Part shown: positions 61,025-64,000 of the stretch, in pieces
Numbering within the stretch: position 1 is the stretch's first letter
Layout: each line of letters opens with the position of its first letter
Assembly: GCF_033153115.1 (NCBI RefSeq)
Contig: NW_026889758.1
Coordinates: 50,034,001-50,098,000, forward strand
Reading direction: 5' to 3'
Origin: Saccostrea echinata
Taxonomy: Eukaryota
DNA length: 64,000 nucleotides
Notes under the pieces: model-generated
What the model was told of the DNA's origin: nothing
Databases searched by the model: none
What the model saw: only the letters and a program-made list of their open reading frames with translations
Translations under genes and position numbers: made by a program

Positions 61025-62320
61025 CTAACAGCCACACGGAAAATTAGGTTGACACCTACCAGTGTTTTGGTCGCAAAAACCTGAAAAATGTTAAAATAGA
61101 TTGTATTAAACCAAAGAACAGTCTTAAAATTAAAGGTTAATTTCAACATGCTTTTAGAATACTTTTTGAATATCGATATCGTATGATACTGTATCGATGT
61201 AAAATGAGCAGAAATTGTGTCACCATATATAAAATCGCAAACAAATACATGCATGAATACACTTTTTTGGAACATTTTAACCCCGTCGAAAATGCCTAAT
61301 TAGCTACAATGTAAACATTGTTTATTATATTTTTAGTTGATCTGTTAGAGCATGCTGATTTTTTGTTTTCTCGGTCGATTCTATTTTTTTTTTTTCATTA
61401 AAAAAACAAAAGAAAGACAATTCAAGCATGCATAACGGCTTTAGATACGATCTAATAAATAAGAAAAATTGAGGTTTTAAAAAGTCGGGTTACCAGAGAA
61501 AATGTACACTATCACCATATGCCTTTTAGACCCCCCCCCCCCAAAAAAAAAAACATTTCTGAAGATAGTAAGGACTGATTGAATCTCTATCTTTAACCAG
61601 ATTTAAATTATGTTAGGATTTTCACTGTATTCTGTCCGTTACTTTTTTTTTATAACTATCATCCAAAAAGATATCAAAACATAATTCCCTTCCAACTTAG
61701 TTGGCAGGGATGACTTTACCAAATATCAGTCACCATTCAAGTGGCTGTACGGAGATGGAAGGGAGGTGCGACATTTTATGAGAAAGTCAGAGTTATTTGC
61801 TTGCATAAAAACATATACGATCTTCCATGGTTTGTGGTTTGATATTACACTGTATTTTAATCCAACGAGTTGCGTGATTCCTAGCTGTCCCCGAGCCTTG
61901 GTGAGGGGATAGAAAGTACACAACTCGTTGGATAAAATCATTTCCAACAACAAACCATGGGAGAATCATTTTATCACATGTTTTCAAATGTTTTACATTG
62001 TTTTGGTATATGAATCCATTTTATTTGACTTCATCACTTTCACACAAAAATATTGTGACACCATAACTTCGTGTTGATATGAAAACGATATTTATTTATA
62101 TGACCGAGATCCACTGTATAAAGGAGAAAACATGTGATAAATATATTCCGGTATTTAAGGAAGAAATTCAATAGCTATATCCAAAACTTGAAGTTATACT
62201 GTATAATCTGGGTTGGAACAGTTTATGCTTTATACCTGTAAACCGCTACGCGGTTTATAAATACAAGTTAACTGTTCAACCTAGGTAACTACAATTATAA
62301 CTACTATAATATACATGTAC

Positions 62321-62377
<57 letters not shown>

Positions 62378-63125
62378 AATTCTGATCCGAAACGAGTTTT
62401 CAGCTTCTTGTGAAGCATTCATACCAGGGTGTCCAATGGGGGTTGACAGCAATTTGCTTCTCTTTAGAAATAGGACCACTTCCTCAAATTTCCTTGACAT
62501 GTGAGAAGAGTCAATGAAATGACATAGTGTTGGCAGGTCGTACACTGTGGTGTTAAGGCCCAGTTCTACTCCATTACTAATGCCATCGCCATCAGAATCG
62601 GCTAAGCACAACTCCTTTGTAAACAGATGACGACTTCTTTGAAAATCCTGGAAAGAAGACACATTAATAAAATCTCTCATTTCTTGACATTAAGGACATA
62701 TTTTTCAATCCATTTATTCATTTCACTTTAATTTTTTTTTGTGCCAGCCAGAATCATTTTTATCAAATGAATGTGTTTCCATTAAAGATAAAAGCATAAT
62801 TTATATATTAACAAACGTTTCATAATTTTCATAATTCATTAACTCTTAAGTATATTTAAACCAGTACCTCTAAAGTTTTTTCAAGAGATAATTTAAAAAA
62901 AAATAAAAAGAAACTTATTGGGTCAAGTAGAAGAAAAAAAGTACTCACTCTGCCAAAGTCATTGAGAGGGGTTGATGACGGCCCAGTGTGTCCGACACGG
63001 CTCCAGACGCGCCCGGGACAGCACGGATGTGGGACTCTGTCTCCGTTTAGGATGTGTTCCTTATACCATGAGTGGAAGTGGGCAACTGTCACTAGTAAAC
63101 ACCATATTAAAAGCTTGAAAAACAT
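61025..63125 (-). CDS. Temptin-like secreted protein, 151 aa
   Basis: Exons 63125-62949, 62647-62425, 61080-61025 (456 nt in frame). Signal peptide plus temptin motifs ILNGDRVPHPC, VGH, LNDFGRDF, LCLADSDGDGISNGVELG, HPG. AATAAA (minus) at ~60899. Confidence 0.88.
62323..62375. repeat. (TA)n microsatellite in temptin-like intron 2
   Basis: Direct reading. Confidence 0.95.
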
Positions 63126-64000
63126 GTCTGGTTAGATTGCGATGAAAGAATAAATGTGATGCTCCGGTTTGATAAAAATGGAAAAACGTACATCCGTCTG
63201 TCAAAATCTAATGACGCTTTTCTTCTGATGGGTTTTTCTTCGCCTGTCAGTGTAAAATGATGGGATTGTTTATTGTCTCGTGCATAGACTTCTCTTTATT
63301 TTAACCATTGTACCTGTGTTGTTTTCTAATTACTTTAAAAGAAGTTCTAATGAAAAGAAAATACAAGTATCTACCTTATAAAGGTTTGAATCTTGATTTT
63401 CTTAAAATAAAAATCAGCAACAACCGAGATGAATTTTTATCGGGAGCTCGATTCTAGTGTTTCAGAATTAAGTCAGAGACGTAACTTTAAACTAAACAGA
63501 AGGAGTTCGTGCAAATCTTTCGAATGTTGTAAGGGGGGGGGGGGGTAATACCTGTAGAGGCAAATCTTATTCCTTATCATCCTGGGTATAAAAGAGGAAT
63601 GCATATTTTGGAAGATTCTATTCAAGATATCAATCGTGTCTTTTTAAAAAAAGGCTTCAAGATATATATACTGTTTTATATTTTCGTAATTAAGTGTTTC
63701 ATAGAGACATCTTGATAAATAGGTTTCAAAAGATGTTAATTAACAATATACACGGAAATATTTTCAATGTAACGGATTTCCCTCTTTAATGATTATAAAT
63801 CTCGTAACCGCGACCTTTTTTCTCTTGTTAAATACCAAAAGATAATGGACAAACAAGTTGGTAACTTATCTGATTTTGACAATTCTAATCTCTCTAGCCG
63901 TATAACGGACCATTATATGTCATTAAGGAACGATAAAAAGACGGCGTGACGAGACAAGGACAATTAATTACCACAAAAGGTGGATAATAATTCTCACCTG

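Overview
AT-rich, intron-rich animal DNA. The repeat content (V-domain tRNA-SINEs, Helitron/Helentron-type arrays, TTAA-flanked Kolobok-type elements) and a temptin-like gene point to a bivalve mollusc, probably an oyster (inference). Seven protein-coding genes can be modelled from splice sites and frame continuity. (1) An uncharacterised 406-aa basic/disordered protein (+). (2) A secreted 650-aa triple-vWA protein with a Thr-rich linker (+). (3) A spliced 307-aa YqaJ/lambda-exonuclease-family nuclease with all catalytic motifs intact (+). (4) A complete 17-exon cactin, 765 aa (-). (5) A ~1070-aa Glu/Lys tandem-repeat protein with duplicated promoters and exons (+). (6) A 9-finger C2H2 protein (-). 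(7) A 151-aa temptin-like secreted protein (-). Non-coding DNA holds many nested mobile elements with readable TIRs/TSDs: a Harbinger MITE inside an AcademH-like element inside a Helentron-type array, a SINE inside a SINE with a 90-bp hairpin inside a 5.1-kb Kolobok-like element, and an intact-ORF LINE inside a Kolobok MITE in a cactin intron. Best leads: the apparently domesticated YqaJ nuclease, a tandem array of duplicated 5' splice sites in cactin, and a possible Cu-binding (ATCUN) N-terminus on the temptin-like protein. No rRNA, true tRNA or CRISPR was seen. All coordinates were read by eye and may be off by a few bases.
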